Below, in pieces: positions 46,359 to 58,950 of a stretch of 64,000 nucleotides of DNA (position 1 is the first letter of the stretch; the number at the start of each line of letters is the position of its first letter). Source of the DNA: Picochlorum sp. SENEW3 (Eukaryota); NCBI GenBank assembly GCA_034226945.1, contig CP120459.1, positions 372,001 through 436,000 on the forward strand, read 5' to 3'. The translations under genes were made by a program, and so were the position numbers. Under the pieces are notes generated by a model, which worked only from the letters and a program-made list of their open reading frames with translations, ran no database searches and was not told where the DNA came from.

Positions 46359-46973
46359 TCATGGTGATGATGATGTGTCTGCTGATTTCGTCTGATGCTG
46401 AAATTCGTCCAGATATTCAACAATACCAGACCCTCGCATCCTCAACCCAGAGCGTATAATCTCCATATCCTCCTCACTGCTCGCCTTCAACACGCGTTCT
46501 AAACTGTGGGTCACCTCATCCATATCCTGATCCTGTTGCTTTCTAATTTTTTCAATCTCAGCGAGAGCACTTCCAAATCGATCATCCTCTGAGCGCTTGC
46601 TTTCAAAAATTGGCCTTGCTGTATGCAGAATAGCATCAGCCTCCTCCACCATCTCGCTCTCGCATTCAAGCTCTACCAATGTGTCATGGAAATGACCAGC
46701 CACGACATCAAAATGGTATTCATTCAACCCGCGCTCATCAATCAATGATTTATGAGCTTCTGCAATATCCTTTCCTGTATACTTTGCGGGTCCTCCGAAA
46801 ACATATGTGAAGAATTCCACCTGCTTCTTCTTAATCCTATCTGTATCCACTCCATCGAAATATGAAGAAATTCTATCATCTGACATCAGTTTTTTATAAA
46901 ATAACTCGACAGCAGGGATGATGAAGCCCAAAGCAGCTACGGGCCCTCCGAGCTTGTGAACCAGACTCGGCAT
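46359..46973 (-). CDS. Group 1 truncated hemoglobin with C-terminal extension
   Basis: SL..KLGG, AVELFY, FGGPAKYTGKDI.EAH and HFD.VA motifs. The 5' end is uncertain. Confidence 0.87.
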   Translation of the reverse strand: MPSLVHKLGGPVAALGFIIPAVELFYKKLMSDDRISSYFDGVDTDRIKKKQVEFFTYVFGGPAKYTGKDIAEAHKSLIDERGLNEYHFDVVAGHFHDTLVELECESEMVEEADAILHTARPIFESKRSEDDRFGSALAEIEKIRKQQDQDMDEVTHSLERVLKASSEEDMEIIRSGLRMRGSGIVEYLDEFQHQTKSADTSSSP

Positions 46974-47604
46974 CCAAATGTGTCCAAACCTCAAGAGATG
47001 AAACAATGTTTCCTACGTACGTCTTATTATTGAAGATAGCTCATTGCCTAATTTCTGTTATTATTATTACAATAGAAGGAGGGCAAGAATGGAGGGTGCA
47101 GATGATGCCCGTTATTCGAACAAAAAAAGCATGATGCTGACAGAGGGATGTCGTCATCGATGACGACAAGATTGTCGCCTGAAGGCGATGCACTTGTTGT
47201 TTGTGTTTGACTGCCTCTACAGCTTTGTTTATATCATCCACTGTGACAAACAGTATACATCAACCACCCTGTATCTCTTTTTCTGGAAGAGAAGGGAATC
47301 ATCCCTGTGAATTGTAACCCTTCAAAGACAGCCTTTGAAAGGCACCCTTTCTAAAACAGTCGTAGATCTCAGATCTAAGATCTGCTACAGTACTCCGAGC
47401 GTGGGATGGTGATTCCTCAAGGTATTCTCAGCCACAATACTTTACAGAGACATTGTACTATTATTATTGTCATTGAAATTTTAAATCAGCCTTGAATGCG
47501 GTGCGCTGAAGGCTTTCAATCAATCAATCAATCAGTCAGTTGTGTGCAGAAATTTTGAATTCTGCGGTATCATTTCATTTCATTAAAAAAACCCGAGTAG
47601 TTAC

Positions 47605-48558
47605 ATGCAACGCATCCCTTCCTATACGTTTAATTCTTTACTAAAATCTCCAAATACTAGGTTATTATTCCGTATCAGCATGGGACAGAAGCGTTTGGAC
47701 TGCTTTGTGGTTCAAACAGAGTCCTCAACAGCAAAGAAAGTCAAGGCCACAGGCGCCGCTCATATATATACCAGCGCTGAGGATGTCAACATTGGAAAGA
47801 GGCGAGCAGAGTCGAATAAAAACCATGCTCTCGCCAAAAAAGCTGTGATTGCATGTGAGAGAGAGGGTGCTGTCCCATACCTGAAGGATCTATTGATTGA
47901 GGCATCGTGGAAGGCAGAATTGGAATCAGAATTTGATAAATCGTATTTTAAATCGTTAGAAACATTTGTGAGAGAGCAATGGGTGGGCGGGAAGCTCGTC
48001 TTTCCTCCCAAGGATTGCCTCTTCAGGGCCTACAATGCTGTGCCTCTGAGGCACGTCAAAGTTGTGATTCTAGGGCAGGACCCGTATCATGATCTGGGCC
48101 AGGCGCAGGGGCTGTCCTTCTCTGTTCCCACAGGGAAACAATTACCGAGCAGTTTGCGAAACATATATAAAGAGATTACGGAGGATATTGGCTGTCCCAT
48201 GTCAAAGCAGAATGGATGCTTGGAGCCCTGGTCCCATCAGGGCGTGCTCCTTTTGAATGCCGTCCTGACAGTCGAAGCGCACAAAGCTGCCAGTCATAGT
48301 AAAAAAGGATGGGAGGAATTCACCACGCACACGGTCCGTGTGATCAACAAGGAAACATCTGGTGTCGTGTTTCTGTTGTGGGGCAAGTATGCCCAGGAGA
48401 AGGGCAGTTTGATCGATACGAAACGGCACCACGTACTCAAATGCCCCCACCCATCTGGACTCAGTGCGCACAGAGGCTTCTTTGGATGCAAGCATTTCAG
48501 CAAGGCGAATGCCTTGCTCAAGGAACAGGGCAAGGAACCAATCAACTGGCAAATATAG
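47605..48558 (+). CDS. UNG: Uracil-DNA glycosylase, family 1
   Basis: GQDPYH, GVLLLN and HPSGLS motifs. Confidence 0.95.
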   Translation: MQRIPSYTFNSLLKSPNTRLLFRISMGQKRLDCFVVQTESSTAKKVKATGAAHIYTSAEDVNIGKRRAESNKNHALAKKAVIACEREGAVPYLKDLLIEASWKAELESEFDKSYFKSLETFVREQWVGGKLVFPPKDCLFRAYNAVPLRHVKVVILGQDPYHDLGQAQGLSFSVPTGKQLPSSLRNIYKEITEDIGCPMSKQNGCLEPWSHQGVLLLNAVLTVEAHKAASHSKKGWEEFTTHTVRVINKETSGVVFLLWGKYAQEKGSLIDTKRHHVLKCPHPSGLSAHRGFFGCKHFSKANALLKEQGKEPINWQI

Positions 48559-48789
48559 GGCAGTATACGGTCAACCTAGGCATTTGATGGGATACGTCCT
48601 CCCCATGGGCTGATCCATCGAGAGGTACATGCGAGACTCCGACCTCTCGTCCTTGTAGTTCTGAAATATATTTCGCTCTATCCTGCTACACAATAATTCT
48701 CTCATTTTTATCATTTTTAGCATATTGTGACAAGAATTGAGACTTCTTGGGGCAGGCGCATTTGAATTATTGACGGATTGTGGAGAACC

Positions 48790-51700
48790 ATGGCAGGAAT
48801 CGCAGGAAGCAGAAGTTTGGTGCTTACTCCAGCATCGTGCCGTTCTCTTCTTCATAGAAAGTCCTATGGACGTAAAAATGTGAATTCACGCCGTACAGTG
48901 GCTGTAGCCAGAAATGTATGTGGTTTTGAATACAAGTTGCATTGCGTGCGCGACCTCGAATCGAGGAAAGGAGGGAACGACGTAGGATGGAACAATGTAT
49001 GTTTCTAATCCTTATTTATATTCATATGCAGTCATCAGATGTGCCATCGCAGTCAAATGGTCGAGTTTCTAGTTCAAGCAATCAGTCACATGTGGCCAAT
49101 GCCCTCGCGACGGATCGACCAGTGTTTGACGTGGTCGATGCTGAGAGGCACGTGCCTATTGAGGTTGCAGACGCCGAGGATATTTTGAAAGAGCGGGATG
49201 CATGCGGAGTACGTGTTTCTATGTGGTTTTGGTTGACATGTGGTAGTTCGCGCTCAGGGCGAATCAATCTCTACTACTATCCATTCTCGGCGCGTGAATG
49301 ATCTGGAGTGGCGTGTTATTTGCAGGTTGGATTTATTGCCAGTTTGAAAAATGAACTGAAGCATGATATTGTGTCAAAGGTGCGTCTAGTGTTGTGGTAG
49401 GGTTTTTGGTGTTGGTGGCAGAGGTTGAAAGTTCAAACGTCTCTCGGACGGTGTTCTGATAAGGCTACTACTGTTGTAGGCTCTTGTGGCTCTTGGATGC
49501 ATGGAGCATCGCGGTGCTTGCTCTTCTGATGACGTTTCAGGAGATGGTGCTGGGTTGATGACCCGCATTCCATGGGGACTGTTGAAGAAGGAGTTTCCAT
49601 CATTGAATGAGAAGACCTGTGGAGTTGGTATGGTGTTCATTCCAGATGATGATTCGGTTGAAGAGCAGGCGAAAGCCATGTACCAGAAGGTGGCTGATGC
49701 TGAGGGCTTTACTGTTCTCGGGTGGAGAGATGTTCCTGTGGATGTGACATATGTTGGAGTCATTGCCAAGGCAAACATGCCACGATTCCGTCAGGTGATG
49801 CTTGAATCCAAGGAAGGACTTACTGGAAAGGATTTGGAGCGCGCTTTGTATGTTGTGAGAAAGTTGGTGGAGAAGGAGAGAGACGCCACATTTGATGCTG
49901 AGACAGCTTTCGACTTTTCCACATGCACCCTGTCCAACCAGACAATTGTGTACAAGGGAATGCTCAACTCCGCATCTGTTGGTCCATTTTTCAAGGATCT
50001 TCAGAACCCAGATTTTGAAACGAATTTTGCAATTTATCACAGACGTTTCTCCACCAACACAAATCCAAGATGGCCACTTGCTCAGCCATTCAGGTTTTTG
50101 GGACACAATGGTGAGATTAACACACTGCAGGGAAATATCAACTGGGTTGCTTCCAGACAGACTGGTTTGAAGAGTTCTGCATTGCAAGGAAGGGAGGCTG
50201 ACCTTCTTCCTCTCTGCTCAGCTGCCGAGTCTGATTCCTCCAATTTGGATCACTTGGCTGAATTGTTGGTGAGAACTGGTAAGGATCCAACCGAAGCTCT
50301 TATGATTTTGGTGCCAGAGGCATACAGAAACCATCCAGATTTGGTGGCCAACTATCCAGAAGTTGAGGACTTTTACACATACTGGGAGGGTATGCAGGAG
50401 GGATGGGATGGACCAGCCCTCCTTGTTTTCTCTGATGGAGAGAAGGTTGGAGCTCGTCTTGACAGGAATGGTTTGAGACCAGCTCGTTTCTGGAGAACAT
50501 CCGATGACATGATTTATGTTGCATCAGAGGTTGGTGTCTTGGGTGATGTCTTTGAGAATGCCGCTAATGTTGTGGCAAAGGGACGTCTTGGACCAGGTCA
50601 GATGGTGTGCGCTGATATGGTGAATGGAACATTCAAGGAGAATACAGCCATCGCCAAGGATGTGGCATCTGGCTCACCATACAAGGAGTGGGTATCCAGT
50701 ACTTCCAGAACACTCGAGTCCTTGAGTGCCACAAATGTGTTGGATGAATGCCAGATGGACGCTGCCAAGTGCATCAAATTGCAGTCTGCAGTCGGATATG
50801 GTTTGGAAGATCAGCAGATGATTATCGAGGCCATGGCAATGACTGGTGCTGAGCCAACATACTGCATGGGAGATGATGTTCCCCTCCCAGTGTTGGCATC
50901 ATCTGCCCACATGCTGTACGATTACTTCAAGCAGCGTTTTGCTCAGGTCACAAACCCACCAATCGATCCACTTCGTGAGGGATTGGTGATGTCTTTGGGA
51001 ATGAGACTTGGTGGAAGAGGTAATTTGCTTGAGGCTGGTCCAGCAGCATACAACCAGGTCATCCTGAATTCACCAATTCTTTTGGAGTCTGAATTGGCTG
51101 CCATTGCTGGGGATTCGAGCCTGAAGACACAGACTTTGTCCACCATTTATACTGCTTCTGGAAAAGGTTTCATGAAGACTGCCTTGGACAAGTTGTGCCA
51201 GGATGCCGAGGCTGCTGCTCGTGCCGGGTGTCAATGCATTGTCCTCTCTGACAGAGAAGCTGAGAGCAATGCCAGCCCAGAACAGCCGCCAATTCCTCCT
51301 CTTTTGGCGGTGGGAGCTGTCCACCACCACTTGATCAAGCAGGGAGTTCGTACTGATACATCTCTTGTTGTGGAGACAGCACAGTGCTTCAGCACCCATC
51401 ACATTGCCATGCTTGTTGGTTATGGAGCCCACGCCATCTGCCCATATCTCGCCTTCGAGTCATGCAGACAGTGGAGAGCATCTCCTCGTACAGCAAACTT
51501 GATCAAATCCGGCAAAGCTCCAGATCTCACAGCAAAGCAGGCAACCATCAACTATAAAAAGGGACTCGAGAAGGGTCTCATGAAGATTTTGTCCAAGATG
51601 GGTATTTCACTCCTCTCTTGCTACCACGGAGCTCAGATTTTCGAGGTGTATGGACTTGGCAAGGAAGTTATTGACACTGCCTTCAAGGGATCCGTGTCTC

Positions 51701-53991
51701 GCATTGGTGGAATGTCTCTGGATGACCTTGCTGAGGAGAATGAGCGCTTCTGGTCAAAGGGATTCCCAGAAAAGGATCTCACCAAGCTTGATGATTATGG
51801 ATTCATCCAATCCAGACCAAAGGGAGAGTATCACGCAAACAACCAGGCCATGGCCAAATTGTTGCACAAGGCTATTGGTTTGGGAGGAAAAGGCATGGGC
51901 CCACAGGAGGCATATGATGCCTACCTGAAGCACTTTGAGGACTCTCCAGTACATGTCCTCAGAGATATGCTGGAATTGAAATCCGATCAGGGCGCCATCC
52001 CAATTGAGGAAGTCGAGTCCGCTGCCGACATCATGTCCAGATTCTGCACCGGAGGTATGTCCCTGGGAGCAATTTCTAGGGAAACACACGAGACAATTGC
52101 CATCGCCATGAACCGTATTGGAGGAAAATCCAACAGTGGAGAGGGAGGTGAAGATCCAGTGAGATGGGAGAAATTGTACAATGTCGATGCTGAGGGCAAG
52201 AGTGAGAGCCTTCCACACTTGAACGGTCTCCAAAATGGAGATATTGCAACCTCAAGAATCAAGCAGGTCGCCTCTGGAAGATTCGGAGTCACCCCAGAGT
52301 TCTTAGTCAACGCTGAGCAGCTCGAAATCAAGGTAGCCCAGGGAGCAAAGCCAGGAGAAGGAGGTCAGCTCCCAGGAAAGAAGGTGTCTCCATACATTGC
52401 CGGCATGAGACGCTCGAAGCCAGGAGTCCCACTCATCTCCCCACCACCACATCACGACATCTACTCCATCGAGGATTTGGCACAGTTGATCTACGATCTT
52501 CATCAGATCAACAAGGCCGCCAAGGTCTCTGTAAAACTAGTAGCTCAGGCTGGAATTGGAACAGTCGCATCAGGTGTCGCAAAAGCCAATGCTGATGTCA
52601 TCCAAGTCTCTGGACACGACGGAGGAACCGGTGCCTCACCAATCTCTTCCATCAAGCATGCTGGAGGACCTGTCGAGATGGGACTTGCTGAAGTTCACCA
52701 GACTCTCACAGCAAACGGACTCAGAGAGCGTGTCAGTCTCCGAGTTGATGGTGGTATGAGAACAGGACGTGACGTCCTCGTCACCGCTGCATTGGGAGGA
52801 GACGAGTATGGTTTCGGTACCATTGCCATGATTGCTACTGGATGTATTATGGCTCGCGTGTGCCACACCAATAACTGCCCAGTCGGTGTTGCGTCCCAGA
52901 GAGAGGAACTTAGAGCTCGCTTCCCAGGAGTGCCAGAAGATCTGGTCAACTACTTCCACTTTGTAGCCGAAGAAGTGCGCGCTGGATTAGCCTCCATGGG
53001 TCTCCGCTCTCTTGATGAGCTTGTCGGCAGAGCTGATTACTTGAAACAGCGAAGCACACCACTTGAAAAGACAACAGGTCTTGACCTCGGCTTCCTCACC
53101 ACCTATGCTGGAGAGACAGGATCAAGTATGAAGAGAATCCTGCAGGAAGCACACGACAATGGACCACAGCTCGATGATGAAATCTTGGCTGATCCAGCCA
53201 TCCCAGCTGCTATTGAAAACAATGGCACTGTCACCAAGGATGTGGAGATTGTCAATGTGGATCGCTCAGCCCTCGCTCGTGTTGCCGGAGCTGTCGCTCT
53301 CAAGCACGGAGACAGAGGATTCAAGGGAGAGATCGCCATCAACCTTAGAGGATCTGCAGGTCAATCCTTCGGATGCTTCTTGGCTGGCGGCATGCGTGTC
53401 AAGCTGGTCGGAGAGGCCAATGACTATGTCGGCAAGGGCATGGCAGGAGGTGAAATCTCCATTGTACCACCAGAGGAATCCACATTCGCCCCAGAAAAGG
53501 CATCAATCGTAGGAAACACCTGCTTGTACGGTGCCACTGGAGGAAGACTCTTCGTCGGTGGACGCGCTGGTGAGCGCTTTGCTGTCAGAAACTCCATGGC
53601 AGAGACTGTTGTCGAGGGCACTGGAGATCATTGCTGCGAGTACATGACCGGTGGTGTCGTCGTCGCACTCGGCCCAGTGGGTCGCAACGTCGGAGCAGGT
53701 ATGACTGGAGGTCTTGGCTACTTCTACGACCCAGAGGGCACCTTCCCAGAAAAGGTCAATGGAGAGATTGTCCAGATCCAGCGCATCCAGACAGAGGCCG
53801 GAAAGACCCAGCTCAAGACGCTCATCCAGGACCACGTAGACAGAACAGGATCATCCACCGGACGTGCCATCCTCGACTCCTTCGACGCTGAGCTGCAAAA
53901 CTTCTGGCAGGTTGTCCCACCATCCGAGGCCAACACACCAGAGGCCAGCCCACTCGCAGAGGAGGACAGTTCTGTTGCAGTAGCTGCATAA
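48790..53991 (+). CDS. GLU1: Ferredoxin-dependent glutamate synthase, plastid; three introns near the 5' end
   Basis: Spliced ERDA-CG|VGFIA mature N-terminus, [20 protein letters not shown] and [13 protein letters not shown]. No NADH beta-subunit domain. Confidence 0.95.
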
Positions 53992-54079
53992 GTAAGTATG
54001 CAGCAGCAGCCATCGTCGTCGTGCTCTTCTTCTTTTCCTTCTCTTCTTCCTCCATAGTTGTAATAGTATCGACATCGAT

Positions 54080-54103
54080 GAATCAATCAATCAATCAATC
54101 AAT
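54080..54103. repeat. (AATC)n microsatellite
   Basis: About five to six AATC units; a shorter run lies near 47516-47533. Confidence 0.8.
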
Positions 54104-55131
54104 TTGTAACATACATGAATCAACTTGAGTTGTGTCTAATGCCAGCCAGAAGCGTAGTAGTAGTAGACAAGGGTATTCCCATCAAAGGACTATGCCAATG
54201 GGAACAAGGGCATCCGGGTGCTGACGAGGACAACAAGATACCGCATGCAACTCCAATCTGGCATGCAACAACGGTGCGCTCCCTCATCCGACATGGATCA
54301 ACACATACCCTAGTCCCTCCCCGATACTCGTCAAAGTTTTTCCAACAATAAAATTTTGATTTCATATTCCACTCAGAGACGATTGATATTTTCAGACAAG
54401 GTACGATGAGCAAGACTCGGTCGGATAACACGCCGAGATACGTCCGGACGAGGGTATCCGAACACTACCATTCGGATGCGGCCATGAATCGCTTGCATGC
54501 GTTACCCATTGTATATATATTTGAAAATCATGATGAATGAGTGTCATTGTGTGATATAATTGGGGGGGAGGGGAGTAAACGTGGTCGTGGTGGCAGTTGA
54601 CGCGACCTTGTCCGGTCATGGAGATGGATTGATGGGTAGGGAGGGTTGAGATCGAATCTTCCGTCGTAGTAGGAATCTGACGTGTTCTAGGGCTAGGATG
54701 ATGGTGCTGTTGTAGAACAATGTACGGCCCGATTGACCAGTATTCTTCATACATTGTAGATTTGATACATTTTGGTATTGATTGATCCAAGCGCATTGCT
54801 GTTTGAAGCGACGTGTCACTCATTGATTGATTGACTGTGTGATTTGTTTCAACTGGTGGTGTTCAATCAGAACTGGAGAGAGCAGATCAGATCTATTTGA
54901 TTGATAGACGATAGATATAAGAGAGTGGTTGATCTATTGGATAGCCGTGTATGGTTGTATTTCTGTCCTGATTGGTGCATTTCAATTGCGGACAGTATAC
55001 ACACACATATAATACAACAACAAACAGAGACAACCACAGAAGTGGATCAAGAGAAGAAGAGGAAGAAAGCGGTAGAGTGCGAGACGTCATCTCTGCTGCT
55101 GATCTTCGTATAAAACAAAACATTCATAATA

Positions 55132-56754
55132 ATGATGATGATGAATACAAACAAGACGGTGGTGACGGGGCAGCATGGGCGTGTGTCTTTGCACAATGGT
55201 GGGAGCGAGGTGATGGATTTGGTGACGCCAAAGAGTCGAGAGGTTGGATTGTTGGCGAGGAAGAGCGATTCTTCAGTGGATCATTTGGACAGTTGTGATA
55301 CAGATGCTGCTGTGTTGGATGATGGTGTGTCTGCAAAGGAGGTGTTGGTGGCCAAGAGGTTGACCAATTCTGATTCATCATCTGGAAGGATTATTTTGCC
55401 AAGGGTTGCAGTGGAGACAAATATGTCTTTTGTGACGGCACACAGGCATTATGCGTTGCATGTGAAGGATGTGCGTGGTGTGGAGCATGAGTTTGTGGTG
55501 AAATCGTGGGCCAATGGAACAGAACACAGGAGGGTGTTTGTGTTGGAGCAGGTGGGCAAGTTTTTGAAACAGTATCATGTTGGTGTGGGAGATACGGTTG
55601 GGATTTGCAGAGTGGGAGATGGTTTTGTTGTGGAGGTGAATACGGATGATGTGAAGATGGCAGCCATGAATGGACGGTGTACAGCATCAACAGCTGTGAC
55701 TGCATCGCATATGACATCCACGTCGCAGCCAAAATTGGCTGGATCGGGTGGAAAATGCAAGAGGAGTGCTCATTGCTCCAAGGTTGCAGGACACCCTGGA
55801 TTCTGTTCGGGAAGAAAAGCTTCCACGGGGGTTTCCAACAACAGTTACAAGTCCTCCCAGAGTTATTATTATTCTGGAGAGGATTCTTCGCATTTTGGGG
55901 TTGATGGAAGTGACTTTACGAGCAGTGATGAGTCTGGGGGCATGACTATGGTGTTTATGACCCAAGATATGGTGAACAGTGAGATGAGCAAGTTGCCAGA
56001 TGGGTTGAATAGGCTCATGTATGTGCCATCTCGTGTCAAGATTGTGAAGAAATTGACAGAGTATGATTTGTCGTCGAGACGTATCGTTCTTCCGGCGGAG
56101 CAGGTTGCGCATGGGCTGATTGATGTGAGCCAGAGCGACAAGGCAGACATGTATCATTCATTGGCCACGGTGGATGAGTCTCAGGGATGGCAATTCATGG
56201 CACTGAGAACCTGGCACAGTGTGACTGGGCGCAAAGGATACTATATTGAGGATAAGGATGATTTGATGAAGTCAAGAGGAGCGAATGCTGGTGACTATTT
56301 GATGATCTATCGTGACAGTATTCATGACCCACCACGGATGGTGTTTTTGGATGGAGAGTCACATCGTGTGAAGAAACCTGTCAATGGTCCTGATGCCGCC
56401 ATCATGTTTTCTGAGTTGCCAGTGTTGTTGTTGCCTCCGGGAGAGAATTCGGATGTTGCCTCGACACACCATGCCTACAGTTTGACTGGAAACAAGGGTG
56501 TCCGTTTTGGTGAGAGGAGCTGCAACAGGACACATGGATGCACAAAGGCTTTCGGGCATCAAGGATTTTGCTCTGGACATCGAGGTTTTAAGAGAAAAGA
56601 TTTTGACGGACGATATGGAGCATACCTCATGGAACAGCCCTCTGAGGATGATGATGATCATGTCTCGTACCACAAGTCTCCTCGATACTGCTCCGTGTCT
56701 ACTCCACGGGGAGCCAGTGATCCATTGGTGTCTCTGTTGAATCTTCTGGAGTAG
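55132..56754 (+). CDS. Double B3-domain transcription factor, each B3 followed by a C/H motif
   Basis: AKRLTNSDSSSGRIILPR..KSWANG..RVFVLE and KKLTEYDLSSRRIVLP..RTW. Confidence 0.82.
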   Translation: MMMMNTNKTVVTGQHGRVSLHNGGSEVMDLVTPKSREVGLLARKSDSSVDHLDSCDTDAAVLDDGVSAKEVLVAKRLTNSDSSSGRIILPRVAVETNMSFVTAHRHYALHVKDVRGVEHEFVVKSWANGTEHRRVFVLEQVGKFLKQYHVGVGDTVGICRVGDGFVVEVNTDDVKMAAMNGRCTASTAVTASHMTSTSQPKLAGSGGKCKRSAHCSKVAGHPGFCSGRKASTGVSNNSYKSSQSYYYSGEDSSHFGVDGSDFTSSDESGGMTMVFMTQDMVNSEMSKLPDGLNRLMYVPSRVKIVKKLTEYDLSSRRIVLPAEQVAHGLIDVSQSDKADMYHSLATVDESQGWQFMALRTWHSVTGRKGYYIEDKDDLMKSRGANAGDYLMIYRDSIHDPPRMVFLDGESHRVKKPVNGPDAAIMFSELPVLLLPPGENSDVASTHHAYSLTGNKGVRFGERSCNRTHGCTKAFGHQGFCSGHRGFKRKDFDGRYGAYLMEQPSEDDDDHVSYHKSPRYCSVSTPRGASDPLVSLLNLLE

Positions 56755-57295
56755 TATACAAGTGTGTGTGAACTCTTAAAATGGATCTTGCAAAGAGAAT
56801 GGGAGCAAACGTTGGACGCATTTTCATCAAACAACCCTTTTTTCCCCCTTGTTGGTTGATAACTTGTACTGCATCTGCCAATAGCAGGTACATGCGATAA
56901 ACAGATGAATCTTTCATGTATACAGCATCGATATTCTGGGAGAGGAAGGAATTGATATGCCGAGGTACACATGCCAAGTTTTGATGATTGAATCGGGGCT
57001 CTTTTTTCCTTTTGATGGAGCGACAATCACGAAAAATTTCGAGAATGAACACATAATTTCTTAACGAATTCAGAATGTAAACGCATAGACAAGTCTTGTT
57101 TTCAAACGACTCATCGTTCATGTCCTACAAAACAGCAACAAACTGTACATGTGTGTTGGTTTGTCCAAGACATTTCATGTGAATGCGCTCAGGCGGACTC
57201 TGGACAAGAGTATTCATTCGTTCTTTGATCCATGGTGATTTGAAAGTGTGTCAAATAGACTGGATGGCTCATAAAATATCGTACAGCACATATTC

Positions 57296-58771
57296 ATGGG
57301 GTATTCTCGCACTGTTGGCAGCGCTGACACAGACATTCTCCTGCCTCCAGGAGAATCAGCTCGCTCTGTTGGCTCGACGGTGAAGGGTATCAAGAGTTAC
57401 TTCTCAGCATCAGCGTGGTTTCGATATGCATCCATAGTAGTAGCAGTGCTGTGTCTGTGTATTGCCTGTGCCAGGGTTTTATTTTCAACTTCTCTCAAGG
57501 TATTTGACTCCTCTTCCTGGAGGTTTGTCACGGCGAATGGAACCGTGTTCATGGATGGAGATAATCCATTCTATGTTGTAGGATTCAACATTCATAATTT
57601 GATGGAGATTGCCATGCCTCAGATACGAAAGAGCATGGATACTCATGCCCCTGACACTGTTGATGGTGTGCTTGCTCAACTACAACAGGATGGGGTAAAT
57701 GTCATCCGCGTATTTGCCCACACCACCGATCCCAGATATCCATTTCAAGAATCTCCTGGAGTGTACAATGATGATGCGTTTGCATCGTTGGATTATATTC
57801 TCGCATCGTGCAAAATACATGGCATTAGGGTTATCTTGAGTATGGCAGACTCCTGGAAATATCGAGGAGGTGTGCAAGAGTTCATCGATTTCAGCGAAAC
57901 TGCACCCCCTAGACCAGAGAAATATACACCTCCTATCAATGTCGATGGCGACTTTGACTATTCTCGCATGACAAGGGCGCAGGAAGATTATGAAAAGCAA
58001 CGGATGATGCTCTTCTTCTCAGATGAGGGAACACAAAGGCTGTACAAGAATCATCTTGACACAATCCTACGACGCAAAAACACAATAACAGGAATCCAGT
58101 ACAAGGAAGATCCGACCATATTTTCCCTGAGCTTGATAAACGAAATGAGATGTGAAAGTTCACCAGCAACTTCCACGTGTCCTGAGGCTGTGCAAGCTTG
58201 GATATCAGATGTGGTGGAGCATGTTCGATCAATCGATACCCAACATATGCTCACAATCGGTGAAGAAGGTTTCTACTCGTCAACAAAAGCACGGAGAAAA
58301 TACAATCCAGCAAACTGGGCAGAAAGCAGTGGCCAAGATTTCATTAGGGACCATCAAGCTCATCCAGGAATATCCTATGCATCAATCCACATCTGGCCAT
58401 CCACGTGGCAGTGCGATGACGACGTGGCTTCCTCAGACTTTACAGTAGAAGATTGGATTTCATCCCACATGGAAGATGCGCGTAACGTGCTGCAGAAACC
58501 TCTTTTGATTGAGGAGTTTGGATATCCAATTTCATCATCATCTGCTGACAGCGCCAAGGACATTCAGAACCTTCGCAAGCCCATCGTTGATCTCGTGTAC
58601 GCATACGTGAACCAATCTATACACGAAGGGAATTCTTTACAGGGTAGTGTGTTGTGGGAGTATTCATTACGCATGTACAAGGGCGCTGCCACGAATCAAT
58701 ATGGTATCTCGAGAGGCTCTACTACATACAACCTAATGAAGCAGCACGCACATTCGATTCGACACATGTAA
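57296..58771 (+). CDS. GH5 endo-beta-1,4-mannanase-like protein with N-terminal TM segment
   Basis: YKEDPTIF.LSLINEMR (acid/base), IG.EGFY, SIHIWP and KPLLIEEFG (nucleophile). Confidence 0.88.
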   Translation: MGYSRTVGSADTDILLPPGESARSVGSTVKGIKSYFSASAWFRYASIVVAVLCLCIACARVLFSTSLKVFDSSSWRFVTANGTVFMDGDNPFYVVGFNIHNLMEIAMPQIRKSMDTHAPDTVDGVLAQLQQDGVNVIRVFAHTTDPRYPFQESPGVYNDDAFASLDYILASCKIHGIRVILSMADSWKYRGGVQEFIDFSETAPPRPEKYTPPINVDGDFDYSRMTRAQEDYEKQRMMLFFSDEGTQRLYKNHLDTILRRKNTITGIQYKEDPTIFSLSLINEMRCESSPATSTCPEAVQAWISDVVEHVRSIDTQHMLTIGEEGFYSSTKARRKYNPANWAESSGQDFIRDHQAHPGISYASIHIWPSTWQCDDDVASSDFTVEDWISSHMEDARNVLQKPLLIEEFGYPISSSSADSAKDIQNLRKPIVDLVYAYVNQSIHEGNSLQGSVLWEYSLRMYKGAATNQYGISRGSTTYNLMKQHAHSIRHM

Positions 58772-58950
58772 TTCAAAAATGCTTTTTACATCCTATTTTG
58801 CAGAACTTCGAAGAATAATCATGTACTGTGTATGAATGAATCAACTCGATCAACTCAATCAAGATGGGAAAAAAAGGAAAGAATCATATTCAAAGCAGAT
58901 ATGCTATTCGTTCAAGAAAAAATCGTCTGTATTATCGTGCATGTTCATTT

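Noticed and set aside
46359..53991. Possible nitrogen-metabolism cluster (truncated hemoglobin near Fd-GOGAT)
   Set aside because: Only two genes, separated by UNG; adjacency is explainable by gene density.
54115..55120. Short ORFs in the 1.1-kb gap between GOGAT and the B3 gene
   Set aside because: No motifs or coherent splice pattern; probably promoter or UTR.
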